A DNA stretch of 64,000 nt from a virus, in the IMG/VR virus record IMGVR_UViG_3300010412_000004, positions 1 to 64,000 of that record; one strand, given 5' to 3'. Shown piece by piece: positions 18,615 to 28,324 of the stretch; the first letter of the stretch is position 1; every line of letters starts with the position of its first letter. Position numbers and translations under genes: made by a program. The notes beneath the pieces are model-generated. The model was not told the DNA's origin. It was given only the letters and a program-made list of their open reading frames with translations, and ran no database searches.

Positions 18615-19178
18615 TTATTTTTCAAGATAATAATACAACTGCCTTACAAGTCTACAATCATACATGGCGTCATGAAGAGCTGTTTTATCAGGAATTATTC
18701 CACAGGCTTTGAGTACCGTTTCAAGTTTGAAGTTGGGAAGGAGTGATCTTTTATCTGCTAATGCCCATGCCATAATGGACATCATATCAAGATAGGGCCA
18801 CCAGAAGAAAGAGTTGAAGAAGTTGTCACCATGAGTGATCCAAAGTGTTCTACAGAAGTTGTAATCAAATTTGGCATTATATGCGATAAAGAGCATCTTG
18901 TCTTCTTTATTAAATTTGTCTACTCTCTCCTCAAGCCACGCACCAAATAATTCTTTAAGTTCTATTTGGGATAAAGGGAAATCTCTTATTTGTCTATCAG
19001 TATATGGACACAGTTTTACGGCCTCTGGATCTATTTTTGCATCTTTTGGAGGTCTGGCTTTTTCATTGAACATTCCTCTGTATTTACCATCTTCATCATA
19101 GATAGCTGATAACTGCCAAATGTGATAATCCCTATCATTCTTTCCTGTCGTCTCTACGTCTATGAAGCAGAGTTTCAT
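18615..19178 (-). CDS. DEDDh 3'-5' exonuclease (DnaQ-like)
   Basis: DVETTG, AYNAKFD, HDAMYD. Confidence 0.9.
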   Translation of the reverse strand: MKLCFIDVETTGKNDRDYHIWQLSAIYDEDGKYRGMFNEKARPPKDAKIDPEAVKLCPYTDRQIRDFPLSQIELKELFGAWLEERVDKFNKEDKMLFIAYNAKFDYNFCRTLWITHGDNFFNSFFWWPYLDMMSIMAWALADKRSLLPNFKLETVLKACGIIPDKTALHDAMYDCRLVRQLYYYLEK

Positions 19179-19341
19179 CTGATATCTCCTTTATTACCTC
19201 CAAAAGATAGTAGTGAAAATCTCCCTCAGGTCCTACCCAGAAGTAAGACATCATTCTAGGAGCCTTAAGGGAATTTAGGAATTGTATTCTTTCTCTTCCA
19301 GGTTTACCATGTCCTGGATTACCTGCTAAATATAATATCAT
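19135..19341 (-). CDS. Small MI[IL]YxA[GA]-family protein, copy 4
   Basis: MILYLAG...RMMSYF. Confidence 0.7.
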   Translation of the reverse strand: MILYLAGNPGHGKPGRERIQFLNSLKAPRMMSYFWVGPEGDFHYYLLEVIKEISDETLLHRRRDDRKE

Positions 19342-19520
19342 AAGGGTGTAGAAAGAATGCGGCGAATATGATGAGCAATATAATCAATATGGTCATCTAA
19401 CCACTCTGCATATTCTTCTATTACAGCCTTGTCGTCTTGAGTCAAAGGGATATCCTCCTCCTCACAATGACGGTAAAAATCTGCAAGGAGATCCATAAAT
19501 TTTTTCATCCTTATTCCTCC

Positions 19521-22151
19521 TTAATAATTTAAATCATAAATTTTGTTACTCTTTTTACCTACCCATTCCTCTTCTTTCCTAATTACTTCTTCCTTCAAAT
19601 ACCAATTTCCATTAATAGGAGTGAACTCAAACTCCATTTCAAGTGGTACTATTATCCATTTATATTTATCCCTTATATCTTTAGTTGCTACCTGTTCTAT
19701 TGTTTCACATACCATATCTTGTTCTGGTGGGTATGTGTCCGTTATCATACTATCATGTATTTGTCCAGGTTGTCCACTCTCCCATCCCTCTTCTATGGAT
19801 ATTTGGTCAATCTTATTACATGACCAAAGTAGACAATGGAATGCCGTACCTTGAATAGGGGTGTTGATTATGATATTTCTGGTTAAATATCCAGACCTTC
19901 TATGACCAAAGAAAGTTTCTACATATCCTGTTTGTAGATATTCTTTAATTACCTTTTCCTGCCATCTTTTAGTATATTTATATTTGTCCCAGTAGGCTTT
20001 TTCTACTTCTTTACAATGATCCTCAAATCTAGGATATGTACCTATATTTTTTGACATTAGGTGGTCTAACATTGGCTGACCTTCTGTTGTGGTCAGTCCT
20101 CCTTCAACTACATTTCTCCATAGATTTTCAGCACATGCCTTGTACCAAGATCCATAGAGTTGAGGGAATGTCCAATTATTTTTTCCATAGAATCTAACCT
20201 TAGAGTCCACAAGTTTTGGTAGAAGTAGAAATAATTCACAGCATACGTCTCTGTGCATATCCGTACCTTTTTGGTAAAGATATTTTATCCACTCAGGATC
20301 TTCTGTGTAGCACCCAGCTATTCTAACTTCCATGGAGGAATAATCACTCTCTATAAATCTAAAATCCTCCGAGGGTTTAATTCCTGACCTGCAATATTCT
20401 TTTGCTTCCTCATCTCTCACAGGGATATTGTGGATATTAGGATCACTTGAGCTACTTCTAAAAGTTCTAGCTGTTGTAAGATTATAAAAGGGATTGATTT
20501 TGCCCTCGAACTCCTCTTGGAAGAATTGATGGAGGTAGGTGTCTCGTATTTTTTTAAGTTTTCTCCACTTTAGTATTAGATTAGTAAAGTTTGAATTTAT
20601 TGCAGAAAGGGACTCTTCATCAGTAGAGTATCCCTTTTTAGTTTCTCTGGTAGGTTTGTATTTGAGTAGGTCATATAGAAGATATTGGAGGTCTTTGCTA
20701 GAGTTATGATTTATAGGCTTTCCTGTGGAGGTTCTAAATTTATCAGCCTCGTTAGATTTGCTAATTAAACCATCTATCAAATCCATCCTTTTGGTTATGC
20801 CCTCTTTGATATCATTTAGATAGTTTGTGTCTACATTAAATCCTCTTAGTTGCATATGGTTAAAAGTGTGAATGGCATCATGAAATAATTCGTAGGCCTC
20901 TAATAGATGAGGATCTTTTTGTATTGTTGCCTTTTGTCTTAGGGTGAGGCTTTTACAAAATTTGGAATCCAGTCCACAATATAACATTGTTTCGTGAGAA
21001 GGAGCATCTTGAATTTTGTTGTATTCCTCATTTTCTGTTTTAAGGAAAGGTTCAACTTCGTCTTCATAACCTTCTATTCCAAAGTTAATATAGGTTTGAA
21101 ATTTGAGTCCTTTAGTTTCCTGTCTTGAGTCAATTATGTGGGAGGCTATCATTGAGCACCAGTCCACTCCTTTAGGATCACATCCAAGTATTACCTTAGA
21201 CCAGAGCATTTCAAATGCCATATTGTGGGCACTCTTTTTTATTCTGTCTTCTTCCCAAATTTCTATCAGCATTTTAGTTATTATATTAAGCTCTTCATTT
21301 TTCCAATATCCTGGTTTTTGAAAAGGGAAGGAGAAGGTATCTGTATTAGTAGATATACTAGCATAGTATATTTTATGGTCAGGTTTGAATGGTTTTTTGC
21401 CTGTGGTTTCATAATCAATCGCAATAGAAGGTTTATGTATCAATACGTTTCTAAGACTTTCCTCAACTTCATTTAGATTAGTGAGTACTCGAACTTTTTT
21501 TTCCATATTCTCATAATCGGGAAATTTATCTATCTTACTCCATTCTACAGCGTTATCCAAATCTCTAAGATAAGTGGTCCAGAGGTTATCATTCTTTGAG
21601 TCCCTATAAGGAGCCGAAGGGTGATACAGAGGGATTATGTATGATTTAAATTTTTGATCTGGTATATTATATCCTCTCCATCTTGTGATGTTCCTTTTTT
21701 TGAATCTATACATAAAAAAGGATTTGGTCGCCGCACTACCCATCAACCAGATGTATTTAGGTTTAGTATCCTCAATGGCTTTTAATACCCAGGGCCTACA
21801 GAATTTTATCTCCCTCTCTAATGGGGTTCTGTTCTTAGGTGGTCTACAGTTTATGGCATTAATCTTATTACAGTCCTCATGAAGATTAATTCCTCTTTCC
21901 TCGAGCAGGCGTTCAAAAAATTGTCCTACATCCCCTACGAGCTCGTCGTTTAGGGAGTCTTCAGTGGCTCCTGGACTTTCGGCTATTATTAATATATCTC
22001 TGTAACCTTTACCACCCACAGGTATTTTAGGACTTTTTACATTCTTATTCAAACCACATTTATTGCAATCTGGTTCTCCAGGTTTATCGTAAAGTATTTG
22101 GTCCTTGCTCCTAGGAGCTTTTTCTCTTTTGAATTTGAAGAATGTTTTCAT
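19521..22151 (-). CDS. polA: Family A DNA polymerase with N-terminal family-4 uracil-DNA glycosylase-like domain (SPO1-type architecture)
   Basis: UDG: CNKC, AESPG, NCRPP.NRTP, YHPS. Exonuclease: DYET, HNMAFE, YCGLD. Polymerase: DYSSMEVR, R...K....F...YG, QIHDS. Confidence 0.95.
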   Translation of the reverse strand: MKTFFKFKREKAPRSKDQILYDKPGEPDCNKCGLNKNVKSPKIPVGGKGYRDILIIAESPGATEDSLNDELVGDVGQFFERLLEERGINLHEDCNKINAINCRPPKNRTPLEREIKFCRPWVLKAIEDTKPKYIWLMGSAATKSFFMYRFKKRNITRWRGYNIPDQKFKSYIIPLYHPSAPYRDSKNDNLWTTYLRDLDNAVEWSKIDKFPDYENMEKKVRVLTNLNEVEESLRNVLIHKPSIAIDYETTGKKPFKPDHKIYYASISTNTDTFSFPFQKPGYWKNEELNIITKMLIEIWEEDRIKKSAHNMAFEMLWSKVILGCDPKGVDWCSMIASHIIDSRQETKGLKFQTYINFGIEGYEDEVEPFLKTENEEYNKIQDAPSHETMLYCGLDSKFCKSLTLRQKATIQKDPHLLEAYELFHDAIHTFNHMQLRGFNVDTNYLNDIKEGITKRMDLIDGLISKSNEADKFRTSTGKPINHNSSKDLQYLLYDLLKYKPTRETKKGYSTDEESLSAINSNFTNLILKWRKLKKIRDTYLHQFFQEEFEGKINPFYNLTTARTFRSSSSDPNIHNIPVRDEEAKEYCRSGIKPSEDFRFIESDYSSMEVRIAGCYTEDPEWIKYLYQKGTDMHRDVCCELFLLLPKLVDSKVRFYGKNNWTFPQLYGSWYKACAENLWRNVVEGGLTTTEGQPMLDHLMSKNIGTYPRFEDHCKEVEKAYWDKYKYTKRWQEKVIKEYLQTGYVETFFGHRRSGYLTRNIIINTPIQGTAFHCLLWSCNKIDQISIEEGWESGQPGQIHDSMITDTYPPEQDMVCETIEQVATKDIRDKYKWIIVPLEMEFEFTPINGNWYLKEEVIRKEEEWVGKKSNKIYDLNY

Positions 22152-22411
22152 CTCACCGCGCTCAGAGTTTTAATGGATACATATTTAGGAAGAATTATCA
22201 CTTTTACCTTAGGATCCTTAAGTCCTTTTTTTAATTGTTCTACTGTTTTTTTAAGATATTGTATAGGAACATCTTTTGAAAATTGGACTATAATTTTGTC
22301 CTTTGGATAGAGTTTTATTACATCTCCTAAAAGGAGAGAACCATTTAGATCTCTTACTTCGAACTCATTTACTTTTTCATCAATCATTGTCTCTTGTTCT
22401 TCTGATGTCAT
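22148..22411 (-). CDS. Hypothetical protein
   Basis: ORF overlapping the polA start. Confidence 0.55.
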   Translation of the reverse strand: MTSEEQETMIDEKVNEFEVRDLNGSLLLGDVIKLYPKDKIIVQFSKDVPIQYLKKTVEQLKKGLKDPKVKVIILPKYVSIKTLSAVR

Positions 22412-22568
22412 CTTCAGATATCTCCGCCCTTTTGTAATATTTAAGTGTTATTACGGCCTTTTTAGTATAAAAGAAGGCAATAAATCTGTTCTTTATTCCT
22501 TCCTTATATAGAGTTTTTTCCCTTTTGGATTGTAGTCCAGCAGGAACTCCTGCAAAATAGATTATCAT
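22380..22568 (-). CDS. Small MI[IL]YxA[GA]-family protein, copy 3
   Basis: MIIYFAG...NRFIAFF. Confidence 0.7.
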   Translation of the reverse strand: MIIYFAGVPAGLQSKREKTLYKEGIKNRFIAFFYTKKAVITLKYYKRAEISEDDIRRTRDND

Positions 22569-22571
22569 AAC

Positions 22572-23594
22572 TTAAGATGGTAATGCTATAACGTGGTTAA
22601 ACCCTTTTCTGGAGAATTTAGCTACATTCTCTCCAATAACCATTACCGTTGCTTTCTCTAATATTTGACTCAGAAATATTGGATTAATATCAAAGTTAAA
22701 TGAACCTTTGTCCAATTTTTCCACGTCTATAATTTTATTAATCCATCCAATATCTTTCTTTGCCCTTACTCGTATTTGGTTCTTAGATACTTCAATCTTA
22801 ACTTGCTTATCTATATCATGTTTTCCATCCGTCATGAAGGTAATAGAATCAATGTTTGTTTTTAGGTCCATTGGCATTTCTACATCAATCCCTTCTACTT
22901 CTAAATATTTCTCAACTTCAGGATACTCTCCCTCCATGGTTCGTGATGAAAAGGTTACTCCGTCCTCTGTCTTGAAGTGAGCCCATCTGTCCGAAATGTG
23001 GAAGTACTTGAGGTTCTCATAGTTAGTGAGCTCTTTAATATTTCTTGCAGGAATGAGGGTGTCCATTGAGGTTTCTTTATTAAGGGTATATTTGCTAATT
23101 CTTGATTCATCACTACTAACTAAAGAGTCTCCTTTGATTCTCACACAGGTTGCAATTCCAGAAGTCATATCAGTGGAGGCCGAAAACATACATAGGGACA
23201 TACCTTCAAGGAAGTCCTTAGGCAATTCTTCCCATTTTCCTTCAAGGGATCTTAGGTTGAGAAGTTGTATCATTTCTTCTGCCTGCCCTCCAGCCATTAT
23301 AGATATGCCGGCCTCCGTTTTAGAAGTTCTAATAGAGAGCTCGTCCTCCTTTTTTTCCATCGTTACTGTGGCTTCTCCTTGGATACTCATAAGAGTTTTA
23401 TAGAGCTCCTCCGCCGACACACTACATTGGAAGTCTGTTTTGAGAGGATGACTGATACAGATTTCATCATTGTATGTCATTACTTCACTTCCAGTAAAGA
23501 TAAAATGGGTGAACTGCTCAATAATATCTCTTTTAGCCAATCCTGGCTTGACACTTTGAAATACCTTAACTAAGTTAGATTTTTCTGCTATCAT
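22572..23594 (-). CDS. dnaN: DNA polymerase III beta sliding clamp
   Basis: 340 aa; SSDESRIS (ATDGHRLA-like), SRTMEGEYP, INPIFL. Confidence 0.8.
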   Translation of the reverse strand: MIAEKSNLVKVFQSVKPGLAKRDIIEQFTHFIFTGSEVMTYNDEICISHPLKTDFQCSVSAEELYKTLMSIQGEATVTMEKKEDELSIRTSKTEAGISIMAGGQAEEMIQLLNLRSLEGKWEELPKDFLEGMSLCMFSASTDMTSGIATCVRIKGDSLVSSDESRISKYTLNKETSMDTLIPARNIKELTNYENLKYFHISDRWAHFKTEDGVTFSSRTMEGEYPEVEKYLEVEGIDVEMPMDLKTNIDSITFMTDGKHDIDKQVKIEVSKNQIRVRAKKDIGWINKIIDVEKLDKGSFNFDINPIFLSQILEKATVMVIGENVAKFSRKGFNHVIALPS

Positions 23595-23799
23595 TCTTTC
23601 TCTCCTTCTCCTTTGAAAGGTTGAACATTACTCTGTCAAAAGGTTCTCCTGTAAGACCTTCCCAACTTTTTCTTCTAAATTGAAATCCTCCTAGGTCAAG
23701 ATCAAAATAGGAAAAGAGCACATTTCTTTGTTTTCCTTCGGAGGCATTTATATGAGCTTCCCAAAGGTCAGAACCTACAGCCGCGAAATATATTATCAT
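23575..23799 (-). CDS. Small MI[IL]YxA[GA]-family protein, copy 2
   Basis: MIIYFAA...NVLFSYF. Confidence 0.7.
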   Translation of the reverse strand: MIIYFAAVGSDLWEAHINASEGKQRNVLFSYFDLDLGGFQFRRKSWEGLTGEPFDRVMFNLSKEKERKNDSRKI

Positions 23800-24011
23800 G
23801 GGAGTATAATTCCGCCCTTTGTTCTTTTCATAGTATTAAAGGCCTTAACCTTTTCTCCTTTTCTCAAGGCCTTTAATACTTCATTTACTGAGTGTAATTG
23901 TCTTCCATCAGATTGTCTTACTACTACTGCTCCGTTTTTTAAATCTCTACTTATTTTATTTATCAGATTTACTGCATCTATTGTCTCCTGGTCCGAAGGT
24001 TTTTTCATCAT
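23796..24011 (-). CDS. Hypothetical protein
   Basis: aggag RBS; ATGA overlap with the next gene. Confidence 0.55.
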   Translation of the reverse strand: MMKKPSDQETIDAVNLINKISRDLKNGAVVVRQSDGRQLHSVNEVLKALRKGEKVKAFNTMKRTKGGIILP

Positions 24012-24174
24012 GCATCTCCTTTACCTTCAATATATTTACCGCTCCTTTATTATGAAAAAAGGACACCAGGCGGTAATATCCTGGGTAGCCTTTCTTAAAT
24101 ACAAATTCTTTCATCTTCTCCTCAGCTTTAAGATTGTTCATTTGAGGGAAGTTACCTGCTTGGTAGATTATCAT
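23956..24174 (-). CDS. Small MI[IL]YxA[GA]-family protein, copy 1, translationally coupled to dpdA
   Basis: MIIYQAG...RLVSFF; ATGA overlap at 24171-24174. Confidence 0.7.
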   Translation of the reverse strand: MIIYQAGNFPQMNNLKAEEKMKEFVFKKGYPGYYRLVSFFHNKGAVNILKVKEMHDEKTFGPGDNRCSKSDK

Positions 24175-25418
24175 TTGAATAAATCAAATTTTTCTTGTTT
24201 ATGTTGTTTGAAGGCCCAAGGCCACTTTGGCACACTATTTTGTAGGTCTATATAGTACATGATATTGAGCTCATCCCTGAGTTTGTAGCTGTTGGCGAGT
24301 CCTTTTTCTATTACTATTTCTATTTCTCTGGATTTATCTCCCTTTTTGCCTTTAATCCATCTTTCATTCTCTCCAAGTGTATAGTCTCCTGGAACAACTT
24401 TGTATTCTGATTTTCCAAGTTTATATCCTTTTTTATTGAAGTAATCTAAGATGTATAACCGTTCCGCCTTGGAGTAGGTAAGAATATGTTTCCCTTCAAT
24501 CTCCTTCTTTTGAGGAGATCTATCTGATACGGTAACATTGTGAGCATTTCTGGCATAATCAAATTTACCGCCTCTGGTTTTTGGTACACATACGATCCCA
24601 TATTTACCAAATTTAACCCAACTGGTACTGTCAACACTATACCAAGGGTACCTTGTAAGTAATCCTGCCGAAGTAACTGCAAATCCATGAACTTTAACTT
24701 TTGGCATTCCCATGTCATCTGTGAGCATCTCACTCCATATCTTATCTAATCCTTGGTATATCACATTTTCTGGATTAGGTATAATTCCTCCTATGGCAAT
24801 ATAATCATGTCCCCTATCTAGATACATTTTTAACCATTCTGGGGAATTACCAAAGTGCCATACTGGAATAGGTTTTAGTCCTTTGCTTTCCATATATTGT
24901 TGGTTGTACCAAGTTTCTTCTGCATTATTGATCACATCTAGGTTAGCGTAGACTTCTATATAAGGGAGGTATTTTTTGATGAAAAGAACATACTGCCTTC
25001 TATATTTGATATAATGATCAGATTTTAGATAAGAGTAATCATCATTCTTTCTGTCACCAAGGAAACTTCCCATATAGGTATGTGCTCCTCCCTTATGGGA
25101 CCTCATGTGTTTATTATAGAGGCTAGGTGCTCCACTATCTACGAATATTTTAAGGTCTTTTGGAGTAGTTACGGAGTCAGGTTTTAATTGAGATACTTCA
25201 TTTTCTACCGTTCTTATTTTTTCTGGAACTGTTCCTTTTTCCACCATTACCCTCATATCATATTTTTGAATTGTTTTGATGTAATCTCCGGTTCTATCAA
25301 ACCTTATACCAAGGTCTAGTACTCTTTTTACCTCATCAGTACTTGGCCAAATATTACTTCTCCCGGCGTGTTCTCTGGAGAATCCTCTAGGATATATCTT
25401 CATAGTGCTTTTATACAA
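24171..25418 (-). CDS. dpdA: DpdA-like DNA 7-deazaguanine transglycosylase (TGT superfamily)
   Basis: IFVDSGA, YANLDVI, PIPVWH, YIAIGG, KVHGFA, YPWYSVDSTSW; clustered with folE, queD and queE. Confidence 0.85.
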   Translation of the reverse strand: MYKSTMKIYPRGFSREHAGRSNIWPSTDEVKRVLDLGIRFDRTGDYIKTIQKYDMRVMVEKGTVPEKIRTVENEVSQLKPDSVTTPKDLKIFVDSGAPSLYNKHMRSHKGGAHTYMGSFLGDRKNDDYSYLKSDHYIKYRRQYVLFIKKYLPYIEVYANLDVINNAEETWYNQQYMESKGLKPIPVWHFGNSPEWLKMYLDRGHDYIAIGGIIPNPENVIYQGLDKIWSEMLTDDMGMPKVKVHGFAVTSAGLLTRYPWYSVDSTSWVKFGKYGIVCVPKTRGGKFDYARNAHNVTVSDRSPQKKEIEGKHILTYSKAERLYILDYFNKKGYKLGKSEYKVVPGDYTLGENERWIKGKKGDKSREIEIVIEKGLANSYKLRDELNIMYYIDLQNSVPKWPWAFKQHKQEKFDLFK

Positions 25419-26422
25419 TCCAACATATTTTTAATGGCTTGACTTCCATCTAAAATCATTTTATTTTGTAGTTTATTAAGATATTTTCTAAAGTATTTCT
25501 CCTGTTTTTCATCTCTTAATATATTAATGATTTTATCCACACACTCGTCAAAGGTTTTGAATCTAAAAGGTCGTGGATATAATTCTTCATAACTCAGTCT
25601 ATTAGGAACTAAAGGGATACAACCAGACATCACCGATTCCTGCATAGCTATTCCCCAGGTTTCCTGTCTGGAAAAAGATACAGCTATTTTTGATGCCTGT
25701 AGTATATCATAATACTTCTCTTTGGTATTACATATCAACTTAGTTTTTACAAAATCATAATGAGGGAAAATAGGTTTAATTGTCTTCTCTAAGGCGTCAA
25801 AATAGGAGGGTTCTTTTTCAGGATCTAGTCTATGAGGAAATACAATCATATTCATTTTATGGGTATCTACTAACCACTCTGGGTATATTGGCAGACCGGT
25901 AACTGCTATTTTATGACTCAACACTTCTCTTTTTTCCATTAACAATCTTTTATGAAAATCAGTAGCCACAAAAATTTTGTCAACAAGAGTTGTCCATCCT
26001 TTTTCTATATGAGATGCCCAGTAGTCCATCCCCATTCTATGTAGAAAATCATGTTCATCATATGTGCCTGCATGAAGTATTCCACATATATTTATATCCA
26101 ATCTTAAAGCATCTCTAATGTAGGCCAACATTTCAATTCCAGGAAACCATAAATCATGAAATAAAAAGGTATCCTTATCTCTTATTACTCCCTTATCAAT
26201 TAACCTACATATTTCTCTGAGTTGGGCGGCCTTAAATAAGTTCGTTCCTATAATGTCAAGAAAAGATCCTTGCCGTATTTTGTGTGTAATAGGGTCAGGG
26301 TAAATAGTGATATAATCTTTTTCTACCTCGAGCCCATTTGCTTGGAACTCTCTTGGGAACCATTTATTCCACTGAGCAGAGTATCTTTCCTCTAAACTTT
26401 CTATGGGCACATTAATTATCAT
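25400..26422 (-). CDS. GT-B (family 4-like) glycosyltransferase
   Basis: FPHRLDPEK, S..QETWGIAMQES...GC.PLVP. Confidence 0.85.
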   Translation of the reverse strand: MIINVPIESLEERYSAQWNKWFPREFQANGLEVEKDYITIYPDPITHKIRQGSFLDIIGTNLFKAAQLREICRLIDKGVIRDKDTFLFHDLWFPGIEMLAYIRDALRLDINICGILHAGTYDEHDFLHRMGMDYWASHIEKGWTTLVDKIFVATDFHKRLLMEKREVLSHKIAVTGLPIYPEWLVDTHKMNMIVFPHRLDPEKEPSYFDALEKTIKPIFPHYDFVKTKLICNTKEKYYDILQASKIAVSFSRQETWGIAMQESVMSGCIPLVPNRLSYEELYPRPFRFKTFDECVDKIINILRDEKQEKYFRKYLNKLQNKMILDGSQAIKNMLDCIKAL

Positions 26423-26441
26423 AATTCGCCTCTTTGTTTCA

Positions 26442-26478
26442 ATTAAACACTAAACTCATTGAAATTACAAGATAAATT
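26442..26478 (-). promoter_or_regulatory. Promoter of the AATTTATC-TTG family upstream of GT-dpdA
   Basis: AATTTATC TTGTAA-17-TTTAAT. Confidence 0.55.
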
Positions 26479-26485
26479 TTTAGGT

Positions 26486-27847
26486 TTAAATTATTCTTAA
26501 CCTAGCACATATGGCATAGAATATAGCCGCATCTTCTATGGGGAGATGGTAATCTTTAGTATCCTCCTTAATTGCCTCAGCGATCTTCCATCCATTTCTA
26601 TTGCTTAAATATGTCATCATATATTCAATGTAGATACTTTTTAATTTATAAAGTTGAAACCATTTTATATCCTCCTCTTTTATGTCCCTTTTCGTATGTA
26701 TTCTATCAAGCAAAAAAGAGTCAGGCATAAAACTTGGTATTAGTCTCATCGGTCTATTGTTTAGGGTATGTCCTTTGAGGTGAGAGGTTTCATAAATCTT
26801 TGTTCCATGATATACCTGAAAGAATTGACCAAGACCTCCTTCGGTTCCATTTGTTTGTACTCTTCCATAAAGGTCATTCATTTTAAACCCATATTTAGAT
26901 AAGAATTCCCCAGTGGTGTTTAAAGTCTTTAACGTTTCACCAGGATAGAATGTCATGGTTAACCAAAAGATGGGCACATCACACTTCTCAGCCAAATCTA
27001 TGCATCGTGCGACAGGTGACTTACCCATATCACTTCCTAGGTTCTTATCAGCAGTTTCCAGACCTACCTCGATTAATCTTACTCCTGCATCATGAAGTAT
27101 TTTGGTACCATACATAGAGATAAACCTATTTACTGTGGAAACTTCTCCTAAGGCTATGAAATTGAAGCCACCCATTTGGTATGCCCAATGTAATATGTTG
27201 TATGCCCTTTGAGTATCAAAAAAGAAATCTTCATCAGTGAAATGAATATTGTGGTATCCAAAATATTTACACCTTACGAGCATAGTGTGGATTTGTTCTA
27301 AATCCAAAACTATTCTTTTTCTGTTTGTATTTACTGTGGAAGGACAGAAGGAGCAACCTCTTGGACATCCATATGAAGTAAAGAGAGGGTATACCTTTCC
27401 CGAATATTTTCTCAAGTGCATATCACAATCGCTCAACGTGAGGAATCTTAAATATTGATATGTATAAGGATAGTAGAACATTCCATCTTTAATCATATAA
27501 TCTTCCACCTTAAACATATCTAAATCTAGACTTTGGATGAGGGGATAGTATCCAAAAAAGCTGGGTTTAACAGGTAGAAATTTATCAAGCATTTTGCAGA
27601 GTTCGATTTGAGGGTAGGACCATAGAGCTACTAAATAATTATTAGATTTTGGTAGGTCATCTATTCCTGCCATGGTGAAATTTTCTTCTAACCATACAAT
27701 CTCTTCTTCTTTATTCATTAGGTAATAATTGTAGAGTATATAAGGTAAGTAGCAAAAACTACCCCTATTGACTTCAGGAGAGGTTGGGTCAATTATTACT
27801 ATATCCGCCTTAGTAGGGCGTATCCTCCCATTCTGCTCCATTTTCAT
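26486..27847 (-). CDS. Radical SAM protein, probable B12-binding class
   Basis: TSYGCPRGCSFC, IHFTDEDF, IEVGLET, YPGET; ~150 aa N-terminal domain. Confidence 0.85.
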   Translation of the reverse strand: MKMEQNGRIRPTKADIVIIDPTSPEVNRGSFCYLPYILYNYYLMNKEEEIVWLEENFTMAGIDDLPKSNNYLVALWSYPQIELCKMLDKFLPVKPSFFGYYPLIQSLDLDMFKVEDYMIKDGMFYYPYTYQYLRFLTLSDCDMHLRKYSGKVYPLFTSYGCPRGCSFCPSTVNTNRKRIVLDLEQIHTMLVRCKYFGYHNIHFTDEDFFFDTQRAYNILHWAYQMGGFNFIALGEVSTVNRFISMYGTKILHDAGVRLIEVGLETADKNLGSDMGKSPVARCIDLAEKCDVPIFWLTMTFYPGETLKTLNTTGEFLSKYGFKMNDLYGRVQTNGTEGGLGQFFQVYHGTKIYETSHLKGHTLNNRPMRLIPSFMPDSFLLDRIHTKRDIKEEDIKWFQLYKLKSIYIEYMMTYLSNRNGWKIAEAIKEDTKDYHLPIEDAAIFYAICARLRII

Positions 27848-28151
27848 TATCCTCCATAACTCTTACATAACAGGCCTTAAATTGCTCAGCTAATTGTTTA
27901 CATATCATTTCACAACTGGTTCTGCCGAGAAATCTATCCCAATAGGTTATCATGATGAAATCGTCTACCTGTCTCTTCATTTCAATAAATTCTATGTCCC
28001 TATCATCATGGTGAACCTCCCATTTCATCCTTACATGGAAGATGTGACGGTGTGGATATTTTAAATGAGATTGAGTTTCTATGGGACATTCTGGCCAATG
28101 ATGTGTAGCTGTAAAACTTGTATTGATTACAATTTTAGTGGACATCCACAT
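27810..28151 (-). CDS. dpdL: QueD-paralogous T-fold protein with LxxxHRHxF motif (DpdL-like)
   Basis: LKYPHRHIF, DRDIEFI, SCEM, EDNENGA. Confidence 0.75.
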   Translation of the reverse strand: MWMSTKIVINTSFTATHHWPECPIETQSHLKYPHRHIFHVRMKWEVHHDDRDIEFIEMKRQVDDFIMITYWDRFLGRTSCEMICKQLAEQFKACYVRVMEDNENGAEWEDTPY

Positions 28152-28323
28152 ACTCCATAATGATTGTAAGAGCTCTGTTATAATCGCCAGACTTGAGAAT
28201 CTTTTTAATCATTTCTTCCGCCCGCTCCTCTTGACCTGCCTTTTTTAGAGCTTTACTCGCCAAGCCCATAAGGTTGAAAATATTTCCATTTTTACCTACT
28301 AGCTTGCATTTTGGTTTTTCCAT
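28135..28323 (-). CDS. Small conserved phage protein
   Basis: LVGKNGNIFNLMG...ALK..G...SGDY..AL..IMEYV pattern. Confidence 0.7.
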   Translation of the reverse strand: MEKPKCKLVGKNGNIFNLMGLASKALKKAGQEERAEEMIKKILKSGDYNRALTIIMEYVDVH

Positions 28324-28324
28324 T

